The position numbers and the translations under genes are program-made. A stretch of DNA of 64,000 nucleotides from an uncultured delta proteobacterium (GTDB taxonomy: Bacteria; Desulfobacterota; WTBG01; CAIYCZ01): assembly GCA_963803975.1 (NCBI GenBank), contig CAWDOY010000001.1:1-64000 (forward strand). The letters are read 5' to 3'. Under the pieces are notes generated by a model. It made no database searches and was not told where the DNA came from. It worked only from the letters and a program-made list of their open reading frames with translations. Below, one piece after another: positions 1 to 10,481 of the stretch (position 1 is its first letter; each line of letters opens with the position of its first letter).

Positions 1-1
1 T

Positions 2-811
2 AGCGCGGTGACAAAAAATATGGCAAAATTCCGCAATCATTATCACCTGCCCCACTCTCCCTATCAGAAGGTCTTCTATTATCCAAAATACGGCATCGGA
101 CAGTTGGCAAAGCTTATGGCTGATTATGTTGCCCGGCAGGGGGGCAAGATTGTCCTGCAGGCAGAGGTGGTAAAAATAGTTAACGATGCATCCGGTTTCA
201 GCGTCTATTCTCAAAACGGTGAATGCTTTAATGGTCAACAGATGATTTCGACGATGCCAATAAATGGGTTGCAGGAAATGCTGGTAAACGATTCTAATTC
301 TCAGGAGAAAAAACCAAAAGGAAATCTGGAATTCAGATCAGTGATTTTTATGTTTTTGGAGATTAACCGGCCAGCCGTGACCGACAATCACTGGATTTAT
401 TTTCCCGACAGAGAATGCATTTTCCAGAGGACAAGTGAATTTAAAAATTTCAGCCCGGCTATGTGTCCCGAGGATAAAGCAGGGGTGTGCATTGAAATTC
501 CCTGTGATTATCAAGACAATCTGTGGGGAATGAGTAATGATGCGCTGTATGAAAAAGTGATACAGCAGGCTGAAGAAGAAAGCTATTTAAAAAGGGAGTG
601 GGTGGACAACTACCACGTGGTTAAGGAACGACACGCTTACCCCACCTATGATTTGGCGTATGCTGAGAATTTAGCAAAAATCAGGGACTATATTGACAGC
701 TTCAATGGTCTATACAGCATAGGCAGGCAGGGCGCTTTCAAATATATAAATATTGATGAAGTGATGATGATGGGTTTCGAAGCAGCACAGAAGATCGGGC
801 GCTGCTCTTAG
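2..811 (+). CDS. FAD-dependent oxidoreductase (HemY/UDP-galactopyranose-mutase-like family), 5'-truncated by window edge
   Basis: FYYPKYGIGQL, ISTMP, HWIYFPD..FQR.SEFKNFS, AYPTY, IGRQGAFKYINID motifs; paralog of 5948-7346; frame open to window start. Confidence 0.8.
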   Translation, partial: SAVTKNMAKFRNHYHLPHSPYQKVFYYPKYGIGQLAKLMADYVARQGGKIVLQAEVVKIVNDASGFSVYSQNGECFNGQQMISTMPINGLQEMLVNDSNSQEKKPKGNLEFRSVIFMFLEINRPAVTDNHWIYFPDRECIFQRTSEFKNFSPAMCPEDKAGVCIEIPCDYQDNLWGMSNDALYEKVIQQAEEESYLKREWVDNYHVVKERHAYPTYDLAYAENLAKIRDYIDSFNGLYSIGRQGAFKYINIDEVMMMGFEAAQKIGRCS

Positions 812-851
812 ACTGGACAACGATATCCCGACATTGCACAGCATGCGGTAA

Positions 852-1541
852 TTATGGCTTGCGGCACAACACCTGATACTGGGCTCCGAATGGGAGCCGC
901 GCCAAAAATGGCTCAAAAATACGAAACCAGCTGAGAACCTTGGGGAAAACAAATAGGAAGGTAGTGTTTATAATCTCAAAACCACCTGCCTGAAGCAAGC
1001 GCCGCGCTTCCAGTGCAGAGACCGGCGTGGCATCCTTATCAAAGGGGATTTTTTTCATGATATAGCGTGCTCCCGGATTCCACGGATTGTTCTCCCACAG
1101 AGCAAAAAGTCCTTTTCTGCATAAAGCAGAAGAGATATAGCCTATGATTTCGGCCCGCTTGTCCGGGGCGATATGGTGAAATACCCCGTTACAAAACGCC
1201 AGATCAAAGCATCCGGCCGGTTGATATTCATCCATTAAGATGAATTGCGTATTAAGGGCGCTGTATTTTTCCCGGGCAACTTCTAATACTTTTGTGGATA
1301 TATCAATCCCCATCACTGACCGAACCCCCAGCAGATCAATAAAATAGGGGGTTGATGACCCGGTACCGCAACCGAAGTCCATAACCGAAAGACTGGTTGC
1401 ACCATTTTTCTGAAGCTCACGGGCCAGCCATTCGATCCGGCCACGAGCAAAAAAATCCCTGTCCTGGCCGGATATGCGAATCCCCCTTGTTAAAGCCTCA
1501 TCATATTCATGTGCATATCGATCAAATTCACGAAAATTCAT
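852..1541 (-). CDS. Class I SAM-dependent methyltransferase
   Basis: VMDFGCGTG motif I, GIDIS, FDLAFCNGVFHH; ENNPWNP motif typical of glycosylation-cluster methyltransferases. Confidence 0.85.
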   Translation of the reverse strand: MNFREFDRYAHEYDEALTRGIRISGQDRDFFARGRIEWLARELQKNGATSLSVMDFGCGTGSSTPYFIDLLGVRSVMGIDISTKVLEVAREKYSALNTQFILMDEYQPAGCFDLAFCNGVFHHIAPDKRAEIIGYISSALCRKGLFALWENNPWNPGARYIMKKIPFDKDATPVSALEARRLLQAGGFEIINTTFLFVFPKVLSWFRIFEPFLARLPFGAQYQVLCRKP

Positions 1542-1989
1542 CGCTACTCACAAAAAGGTGCACTGTCTGCCATGCGGAGTTTCTGGAAGAAGGCATTTCC
1601 TGTAGAGCAGCCTTTCCTTCAGAATCCGTGCTTAATCATTAAGCCGTCTATAAATACACCAGACGGTGAAAATTTAATACTATATTATTTTATAGTAGCC
1701 TTTCTTTTTTAGTATTCTACTGCAAAAAATATTTTGTGCAAGAGCCAGGTAGATTGTCTTAGAATTTCTATTGTAAAGATAATGAAAGTTTGAGAGATTA
1801 ATTGTATTTAATAAAACTGTAAGTGTGGACGGCAATAAAGTTTGCGTTCCCTGGTCAGGCGTTATTAAAACACCTGCAAGACGCTTTTTATAAAAATTAG
1901 AACCAGGAAAAAAGATTTAACAGGGGACACTAATACAGTACAGCTTCTTATAAGATTTTATCAGATAAAATCATCAACCAGAATTGCCC

Positions 1990-3940
1990 ATGCTTGCAAT
2001 TAAAAAACCTATCCTGCCGCCGATCACCGTAGTACTTTTTCTGTTTTTTTCCCTGGGGCTACTATATAATTTCGTTACACCCCTCTGGAACCCGCCTGAC
2101 GAGGAGCGGCACTTTGCCTATTGTGAATACATAGCACACAACCGCAGGCTCCCCGTTTACCGACCTGATTATGAGGGCAATATGGTGAGCATGGCATTTC
2201 ACCCGCCGCTCTATTATATAATAGGCGCGATGTTACTTAAAAATGACAGGGAATTGCTTGAGGAACAAATAGAGGTTAATGATGGCCCCGGCTTTAATCG
2301 CATGGTACCCCCACAAAACAGGGACGGTTCCGCATATTCTGGAAAGGTTCGCTCCGCACACCTGCTCAGACTATTCTCTTTGATAGTAAGCGGCATCACT
2401 ATTTTTCTGATTTATCGTACGGCTCTGATGCTGTTTCCTGATACGGCGGCTATCGCGCGCTTTGTTGCCATCCTGGTTGCCGCCATACCCCAGTTTTTAT
2501 ATACTTCTGCATCTATTTCCAATGAAAATCTGAACACGATGCTTTCCTCAGCCTATCTGCTGGCACTTCTTTATGTTCTCAGAGCGCCTTACCAGATTCG
2601 ATACCAGGTCATCAGCGGGGTTATCCTCGGCCTATGTTTACTGTCAAAGACAACGTCCATTATGTATCTGCCCGTTACGGTATGCCTTATATGCTGGCTG
2701 TCTTTTAAAGAAAAAAGAAATCCGATAGCACCGCTTGGCATCATAATCGGGACAGCTCTATTGCTGGGTGGCTGGTGGTATCTGCGAAACTGGTTCCTGC
2801 TCAATGATCCCACGCTTTCCAATACCGTTGCGGCGTTAAATTACTGGCATATCCGCAGTTCGAACCCCTCCTGGAGCGAAGTTATACAGATAGCGCACAA
2901 AACAGTCCTGACCTTTTTTGGTGGCTTTGGGTCGCCGCCGCTTCCTATCGCAGGGTATCATGTTGCGTTCTACGGTACTATTATTGTTGCCGGATGCATT
3001 GGATTTTTCCGGTACCTTTATGGCAGACAGTGGAATGAATTTCAAACTCAGGTCCTGGTGCTTTTTTTACTTTCGATACTGGGGGGGCTGGGGATCTATG
3101 TTTATATAAATATAAAATATATTGGTTTTTTTCTGGGCAGATACCTTTATATTGTTATGGCCCCTCTTGCCATAGTGACAGGTTCGGGATTTTATTTTGT
3201 TCTCCCTCAAAGGGTGCGGTCAGGAGTCTTGCGCGTTGTTTGCTTTTTAGCGATCATCTTGAATGTAATTGCTATCCTCACCATTTTGAAGCCTGCCTAT
3301 GCTGACCCGCTTCTCACCGCGGGAGTAGAACAGAAGCGTTTTTGCTGTTCAACCCGCTGCAATAAGCGGAAACACCCCCATCGGGCAGACCTTCATTGCT
3401 TCACAGAATAACCTTTGTTCTATTCGGGTAATGTTTTCCTGCAACAATAAAAACACCCGTGAGAACATTCAATTTTCCCTTAAAGAATGCGAAGGTGACA
3501 AAGAGATACTGTGCCAGATACGGTATCCTCTCCGTCAACTTGAAGACAATACGAGATATTTTTTTATTTTTCCGCCAATAGTAAATTCTCTCGGCAAGAA
3601 ATATGCGTTCTCTTTTTCGGTGCCTTCAACGACATCTGATTCAGGGGTTTCGCTCTTCTATGAAGTCGCTAACTGCTATGGGGATGGAGAAATGCTCATA
3701 AATGATGCCATGGTTCCCGGAGACCTGTATTTTACAACCTATCATTTTCGCGGTGATGTTCCGCACACAGACTGGCAGGGGATACGAGCAACCGTCATCC
3801 GGCAGGGGTGGTATATTACGATCCCTGAACTGCAACTCTATTACGAACGTGCAAAAGATTTCAGAGTCACAACTGCCACCCACGAAAAAATAATCCGGCT
3901 GGAGAGAGCCTTGTCTCACAAAAAAGCGCAAATGCAATAG
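1990..3940 (+). CDS. GT-C fold membrane glycosyltransferase (ArnT/PMT/DUF2142-like) with C-terminal soluble domain; frameshift near 3355-3410
   Basis: PPDEERH, HPPLYY, LRLFSL, SNENL, LLSK, GRYLY motifs and many TM segments; ORFs 1984-3411 and 3431-3940 join by homology to paralog 10482-12417. Confidence 0.8.
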
Positions 3941-3951
3941 GGTATATCGTT

Positions 3952-5598
3952 TTAACCAGGCTTCTTATAGTGCATGACATAGAGAAAGAACTTCTCGCCA
4001 CCAACAATGTCGTCATGAGATTCTGCGATTTTTATCAGCGGATATTCTGATATGTTTTTATTCAATTTGTGCAGATCAAAATTCAGAATGAGTAAAATGT
4101 CTTCTTTCCGCTGCTTCATTGATTCCCCTGCATCCTGAAACAGCTTTTCCAGATTGTTGCCAAAAAGCTCAACTCCAAAATCCGCTGTGCGACGCTTCTT
4201 TAGCTCCTGAATATCCATAATAATCGTTTTGTTGCTGTCGGCCAAAGGCCCGCGGACAATGATTGGGGGACAATAAATCTCTCTGTTCAGATAACCAGCT
4301 ACCGCACGCGTTGCAACATGTGAGTTGCCCATCATCGGCATATTTTCCATTCGGTGGTTTTTAATAAAATTTGCCGTCTCTTTACTTCCCGAAAAAGCAT
4401 AAAACAGATCAAAGCCGCCCGCTATAATTCCCGCGAAGAGCTGAGCAATAAAAATACCTGTAATTGCTTTATCCTTATGCTTTGAGCAGAAACTGCTCAA
4501 CCTGCTAAGGACTTTCCAGGAAGTCTTTCGGTCAGGGTAATACGTAGAAATCCATAAACACGCAATCAGTAGAATAAAGAGGTGCCCATAGTGCCGGAGA
4601 GTTCCAACGTAAAAAAATTTTACATAAACGATTGACAAGATTGCCAGGGTTCCGCATACATACAAACATAACGCAACAAGCTTGCGGGAAAACACCAGTA
4701 AAAAAAACCCCAGCAGGACAAGAGAGAAGACGAGTTGAACAGCTTCACTGCTAACTATATTCGTACCCCAGAAATCGTATTGAATAGCAGGGATTGGTAC
4801 ATATGACTTCCAGAGGGCTGTGATGACGTTCCCCAGATATCGCAAATCAATATTGGCATACCACTCATACGTTGCAACCCGTACCTGCCTATAATCCGGG
4901 GGGGGGGTGCATTCCAAAACAGAAAGCACCATACCAAGGACGAAGAGAGTTATTGCGGCTCCTGTTTTTCCTTTTTTTTGCGACAAATCCTTCCGCAACT
5001 GCCGGTCATAAATACATTCAAAAAATACCATGCATCCCAGGCATGCGCAGATAATCAAGGCAAAAAAATTCGTTTGCGCGAGGAGAAAAAGGATGCAGGA
5101 AAGCAACAGAAAATTTTTGTCCTTGGACGCCCGAAACAATCCACAAAAAGCAAAGATAAGCATGATACCTAAAGCATAGTTCCTGCTGATAATGCCGTAT
5201 TCATACAAGGGAAAGTAGCTCAAGATGAAAAGTAGTTTTTGCAGCCTGGTAAACGGCGAATATTTTAAAAAAATATACCCTGCGCCCGTAGCTAAGATCA
5301 AATGACAGATCTGCATCGCAACTGGCTGGGTGGTAAATCTTGTAATAATATATAATACGATGTACCAGAGGTAAGGATGTCCATCATACCTCATGTTATG
5401 ATATACGCTCGCAAGAGAAATGCTGTCTTTGGCATGAAGCCATGCCCGCATTTCATCACGCCACATCTCATGATTGAATAGCACCACACTGCCAAACACT
5501 ACAAAAGCCAGGAGAGAGAATGATATAAACGTATTATCACTTGATAAAAACGCAAATGTTGCTCTCGAACGAGCCCTTAGATCTTCCATGGTTAGCAT
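3952..5598 (-). CDS. Polytopic membrane protein, probable GT-C glycosyltransferase
   Basis: HEMWRDE, YDGHPYLWY, YEYGIISRNY motifs, about 11 hydrophobic segments, soluble C-terminus. Confidence 0.65.
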   Translation of the reverse strand: MLTMEDLRARSRATFAFLSSDNTFISFSLLAFVVFGSVVLFNHEMWRDEMRAWLHAKDSISLASVYHNMRYDGHPYLWYIVLYIITRFTTQPVAMQICHLILATGAGYIFLKYSPFTRLQKLLFILSYFPLYEYGIISRNYALGIMLIFAFCGLFRASKDKNFLLLSCILFLLAQTNFFALIICACLGCMVFFECIYDRQLRKDLSQKKGKTGAAITLFVLGMVLSVLECTPPPDYRQVRVATYEWYANIDLRYLGNVITALWKSYVPIPAIQYDFWGTNIVSSEAVQLVFSLVLLGFFLLVFSRKLVALCLYVCGTLAILSIVYVKFFYVGTLRHYGHLFILLIACLWISTYYPDRKTSWKVLSRLSSFCSKHKDKAITGIFIAQLFAGIIAGGFDLFYAFSGSKETANFIKNHRMENMPMMGNSHVATRAVAGYLNREIYCPPIIVRGPLADSNKTIIMDIQELKKRRTADFGVELFGNNLEKLFQDAGESMKQRKEDILLILNFDLHKLNKNISEYPLIKIAESHDDIVGGEKFFLYVMHYKKPG

Positions 5599-5947
5599 CC
5601 CGAGCTATGTCTTGTCTGAGTATTACGGCACGCAGATATTTCCGTTGACCCAGGGGGTATAACGATTGGCATTGCCAATCCGATATACATTATTTTATTT
5701 TTTAGCACAAGCCCCGACAGGAGATTTTTACTTTTGTCAATTCAGGTGGTATGGGTTTTTCTCTCTCAATTAGGGAGTGCGCCCCAAATGAGGCTTGGGA
5801 TAAAAGCAGAAAAAACTGCAGCCGCGTAATTGGGGAAAAGGGCCACTGCGGAACTCCAGCTAAAAACCGGATTGACTTTATTAATCTCTATGGTATTTTT
5901 AATATTCATTAATCCTGAGAAAATAATAAAGACAAAGGATTTGTTAC

Positions 5948-7346
5948 ATGGAAAACAAAAAAGTGGGCGTAATTATAGGCGCTGGTCCTGCTGGTCTGAG
6001 TGCAGCAGAAACCCTTTCGAAAAGCGATGTGCGGTTCACCGTCCTGGAAGCATGTGACCGCATCGGGGGCCTCTCCGCAACGGTAAAGCATAATGATTTT
6101 TATTTCGACATAGGCGCACATAGGTTTTTTACGAAAAATCCGGAGATAGACAAGTATGTGACCAATCTCCTGGGTGATGAGCAGATTTATGTTGATCGAT
6201 CCAGCAAAATGTTATTGAAGGGTAAGCTGTTGCATTACCCTTTGAAACCGTTAAACGCGCTGGTTGGTCTTGGAGTTCCGACTGTAACTGCAATCATCTT
6301 TGGTTATATTATCGAACGCCTGAAATTTAAGCATCAGGCTCCCGAAAGCCTTGAAGATCTGATAATCAGCCAGTTCGGAGCCCCTCTTTATAAATTCTTC
6401 TTTAAGATGTATACGGAAAAGGTATGTGGCATTGCATGCTCAAGAATATCAGCCCAATGGGGCGCGCAGAGAATAAAAGGGCTTTCACTGCGTACAGCCA
6501 TAATAGATGCTTTATGGGAAAACCGCAAAAAGGAAGCGGTGACGTGGGTTAAACAATTTGCCTATCCCCGGAAGGGATTCGGTGTTATCTGTGATAAAAT
6601 CGCCGAAGCGATAAAAGAACCAAATCGTCTGCTGTCTAATGCCCGTGCAACAGAGATTTTTCATAATGGAGAACGTATAACGGCTGTCGCCTACTCCGGC
6701 AAACAGGGAGAGGGAACGATAGAGAGTGATTTTGTTATATCCAGTATGCCTATCACTGAATTGGTTGCTTCACTCCGACCAGCTCCCCCTGATGAAATTC
6801 TTGAAGCAGCGCGCGGGCTAAATTACCGCGGCCTTGGTATGTGTTGCACTCATGTTTGACACGCCTTCCGTTACCGATCAAACATGGATTTATATACACG
6901 ATACACTGATCGATTTCGGCAGAATACATGAGCCGAAAAACTGGAGCCGCGATATGGCCCCAGCAGACAGATCCTGTGTGGTTTTTGAATATTTTTGTAA
7001 TGAAGGTGATGCGGTATGGAATGCTCCAGATGAAGAGCTTTTTGAAAAAACAAAACGCGCGCTCAAAAAATCACATATTGCACCTCATGCCGATGACAAA
7101 GTTTTTGACTTCAAGGTGGTAAGGGCAGCGAAAGCCTACCCCAGTTATGAAATCGGTTTCAGCCCGCGCCTCTTAAAGATACGGGACTATTTAAAAAGAT
7201 TCGAAAATCTCCAGCTGATTGGCAGGTTCGGTACTTACAAATACAACAATCTTGACCACTCCGTTGAAACGGGAATTATGAGCGCCCAAAATGTTTTGGG
7301 AGCAAACCATGACACATTCGAAGTCGATGCGCATATAATAGATTGA
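5948..7346 (+). CDS. FAD-dependent oxidoreductase (HemY/UGM-like family); frameshift near 6835
   Basis: GAGPAG dinucleotide motif, LEA..IGGL, FDIGAHRFF; second ORF has WIYIHD, AYPSY, IGRFGTYKYNNLDHS. Confidence 0.85.
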
Positions 7347-7382
7347 AGACAAGGCCTATGAAGAGATTCAACAGCAAGGCCT

Positions 7383-7454
7383 CAGGCAGAAGGAGGGCTC
7401 ACGACCTCCGACCTCTCACGCCAGCAAACGTACGGTTCCGTATACGGCGGTTCA
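7383..7454 (-). mobile_element. Degenerate group II (class IIC-like) intron 3' end (domains V-VI) remnant
   Basis: Minus strand reads TGAACCGCCGTATACGGAACCGTACGTTTGCTGGCGTGAGAGGTCGGAGGTCGTGAGCCCTCCTTCTGCCTG, resembling the IIC D5/D6 pattern GAACCGCCGTATACGGAACCGTACGTACGGTGGTGTGAGAGG; no RT ORF nearby. Confidence 0.7.
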
Positions 7455-7460
7455 TGAAGT

Positions 7461-7576
7461 ACTGAATCAGTAAGTAGGTTTGGGGTTCGAGTCCACGATC
7501 GCAAACAAGAAATTACAAGCACTTAGAATTTTCCTGGGCGCTTTTTTATTGTCCTCTGTATAGTAATTGTATAGTA
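7461..7576 (+). mobile_element. Putative decayed integrative-element attachment site (tRNA 3'-half-like sequence, hairpin, arm-type direct repeat)
   Basis: GGGGTTCGAGTCC T-arm-like motif, AAGCACTTAG..CTGGGCGCTTTTTT hairpin, TGTATAGTA-AT-TGTATAGTA direct repeat at 7557-7576. Confidence 0.4.
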
Positions 7577-7595
7577 GGTAGGAGGTGGAGCATAA

Positions 7596-7631
7596 TAAAA
7601 AGCGGAGTCAGTGATTAATCGACCCCGCTTT
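7596..7631 (-). terminator. Intrinsic terminator-like hairpin downstream of the CmcI-family gene
   Basis: AAAGCGGAGTC...GACCCCGCTTT stem with a T-tract on the minus strand. Confidence 0.5.
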
Positions 7632-7774
7632 ATACTTCAATTAGTACTTCTACTTTACTCAGTACTCATTTTCAAACTGCTCAATTCGCTCCCCGCATGC
7701 ACTGACCTATCAGAAATTTAAAATGTTGCATATCACACCCCATAAAGATTGCAGTCTACTTTGCCCATCCCTCA

Positions 7775-8590
7775 TTAATCATTTCTTTGTATTTTTTTCA
7801 AATACCCGGATGGATAAGATGTAAACAGCAACCGTTCTTTTGATTTGTCAACTTTAAAATCATGATTTTTTTCTAAAAACTCCTTCACTGCCTTCAGGGG
7901 ACCACCTTTTATTTTCTTACCAGGACAGTCTGCTGTATGTGTTTCAAGCCATTCCTCATTATCATCAATATAAGTATCCTGAACAATAAGATAACTACCT
8001 GGTGATACCAATTGAGAATAAAGAGTAATCTCATTCAGCACATGCTCATAACCATGGCATGAATCGAGTGTAACGAGGACTTTCTTGTTTTTAGTCTGTT
8101 CTTTTAATCGTTCAATCAAAGCAGGATCAACAGAATTTGATGTTATAAACTCAATGTAATTATCACTAATTTCTTTTACTGTATTATAAAGACGATCATT
8201 CTCTTTTATTAAATTATTGATAGCATCTATTCGTGGTTTAGTATCTATGTCGACAGTTATAACCTTTCCCTTATTGTTCACCTGCTTCAGAATAGTAGCA
8301 TAATACAGTGCAGAACCTCCACATAAAGTGCCAGTTTCAATAATAAAATCAGGCCTAATTTCAGCTATGATCTCCTGCGTTATCCACATGTCAGCAGGAT
8401 TTTGCATAAGAGGCAAACCCAAAAAGCGAGAACCAAACAGGACTGCCCAATTTTTAGTGGTGTAATCAATCCAATGATGAACAAATTTTCTAGTTATCTC
8501 GGAATCCCACAGGGTTTCTTTTGATTTTGATAAACAGGAAGATAATCCTATGAAGAGTAAAACCAAAGAAATTAATAATATTTTTTTCAT
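7775..8590 (-). CDS. CmcI/cephalosporin-hydroxylase-family O-methyltransferase with N-terminal lipoprotein signal
   Basis: QNPADMW..QEII..IRPDFIIETGT..GGSA, VITVDID, LDSCH, LVSPGSYLIVQDT, PSGYL; N-terminus MKKILLISLVLLFIGLSSC. Confidence 0.85.
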   Translation of the reverse strand: MKKILLISLVLLFIGLSSCLSKSKETLWDSEITRKFVHHWIDYTTKNWAVLFGSRFLGLPLMQNPADMWITQEIIAEIRPDFIIETGTLCGGSALYYATILKQVNNKGKVITVDIDTKPRIDAINNLIKENDRLYNTVKEISDNYIEFITSNSVDPALIERLKEQTKNKKVLVTLDSCHGYEHVLNEITLYSQLVSPGSYLIVQDTYIDDNEEWLETHTADCPGKKIKGGPLKAVKEFLEKNHDFKVDKSKERLLFTSYPSGYLKKIQRND

Positions 8591-8682
8591 TTTTTATTCT
8601 CCTTAATTTAAAGCTAAAAATAAACACTTAAACCGGCTTAATTATAATCCCCAATAGACATTACTTTTATCAGGACAATAAA

Positions 8683-10027
8683 TCAACTATAATTCCCCCT
8701 GATTAATCTCTGCCATAAAATAAATATTCCTACCCCAACTGCAACCACGCCAAGGGCAACGAGAGAGGGGAGTGTTTCTGTAATCAGGGTCGTTAGCATT
8801 ATGCAGAGTGATAGAATCAGATAAATGATTGGCACAACTGGAAAGAAAGGGACTTTAAATGGTCTATGGATCTCGGGGTTTTTATATCGCCAATAGACCA
8901 TGCCAAGAACAGCAAGAAACGGGAATATGCTTAATGCAAACCCCATATAAATAAGCATTTTCAGAATTGCATCAAAGCCGATGAATGTATAAAATACTCC
9001 TATTACCGTCTGTATTATAATCGCCACATAAGGCGTCTGATATTTTTTGCTGATCTTTTCAAGGGAATGGAAAATAGCTTTATCCTTTGCCATTGCATAA
9101 CAGACTCTGGGCCCAATCATCATCTGGACCGACACAGATGAGAGTAGAATTAGAACAATGCTTAGATTAAAATATGGAGATATATTATCCCCAAATAATT
9201 TTTTCGCAGCGAGGTTACCGATTGTATACTTGCCATCCGTCAATAATCTCCTGGCCGGTAGTGGACATAATAAAAACGACATTGATGGCAATGTAAATTA
9301 AAGTGATTAAAACCGCTGCAAAAAATAGCGCCCTGGGCAAATTTTTATCAGGATTCTTAATTTCACCTGCAATATAAGTAGTTCCATTCCATCCGGAATA
9401 TGCATACATTATTATTATCAGTGCGGCCCCATATTCAAGGATTGATTTTTGCCCTGGGGAGTCATAACTCATGATCAGCCTGTTTGATTGCTCCCAATCA
9501 ATTAAATAAAATCCTATGCTTATGAATAAAAATATAATTAGTAATTTCAGTACACTTAAAATGTTTTGAATAAAACTTCCCTTCTGTACACCGACAAGAT
9601 GAACAATACCGAATACCAATATAATCCCTGCAGCTAATAGTTTGGAATACCAATCCCCTATCAGCATCTCATTGGACGTTAGCTTGTTTATATAGTTGAC
9701 GGCAGTGATAGCTGACATGGCAGCAGCTAAAGAGAATCCAATAAGCAGAGAGATCCAGCCGGTAAGAAATGACGGTAGTAGCCCGTATATTTTTTTAAGA
9801 TAGATGTATTCGCCGCCATCATCAGGCCACATAGTTGAAAGTTCTGCATAGCAAAGTGATCCGGTAACAGCCATTAAGCCGCCGATGCCGAAAAGTATTA
9901 TTACAGACAATGCATTTCCGGTCATTTCCAGAACCTGACCAGTGGTCATAAATATACCAGTACCAATAACATCAGCTATGATGATTAATATTGCTGTCGT
10001 CAGCCCCAGCTGTCTTTTCAGCTCCAA
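8683..10027 (-). CDS. APC-family amino acid permease; frameshift near 9240
   Basis: IGTGIF, YAELSTMWPDDGGEYIYL, YAYSGWN..AGEIKNP.KNLPRAL, PRVCYAMA, RPFKVP motifs across two overlapping ORFs. Confidence 0.85.
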
Positions 10028-10336
10028 CTATTTTCTCCGCACTTAAAAATCATTGAAGGAGGTTCAGTTCTAGTTTTTTTAGTCCTGCAGCGCTCGTTAT
10101 TTTAACATTAGGCGATTTGTTTGATCAGAATAGAATGCAATAAGCGGGTATTCAGTTGAGTAGCGAGAAGCGGCTCCCCATCCTTAGATAAAAACAGGGT
10201 ATAACTGAGGGGAAAGAGTGTCAAGCATATAGTAAATGAGTAAATGTAGATTTTGGATTGCAAATAAAAGTCTCTGTCACCTTAGCCACCGATTCACCCG
10301 AACAACCCCTGCCCATATCCTGCAACGGACTTTTTA

Positions 10337-10365
10337 TTGACTCACAATAATCACCGGTCTATACT
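10337..10365 (+). promoter_or_regulatory. Sigma-70-type promoter for the 10482 gene
   Basis: TTGACT-N17-TATACT. Confidence 0.55.
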
Positions 10366-10481
10366 CCCTTAATCCGAAGGCAAGTCTCTAAAGTCTCTAT
10401 AAATTTATTGTGGCTTACACAAAGTATAACAAGCCGCAATAAATTTTATCTCTGAGCTCTGTTTGACATGGACAACTCAAA

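Noticed and set aside
7461..7510. Possible intact tRNA gene
   Set aside because: Only a T-arm-like motif; no acceptor stem or D-arm can be built, so kept only as a possible att remnant
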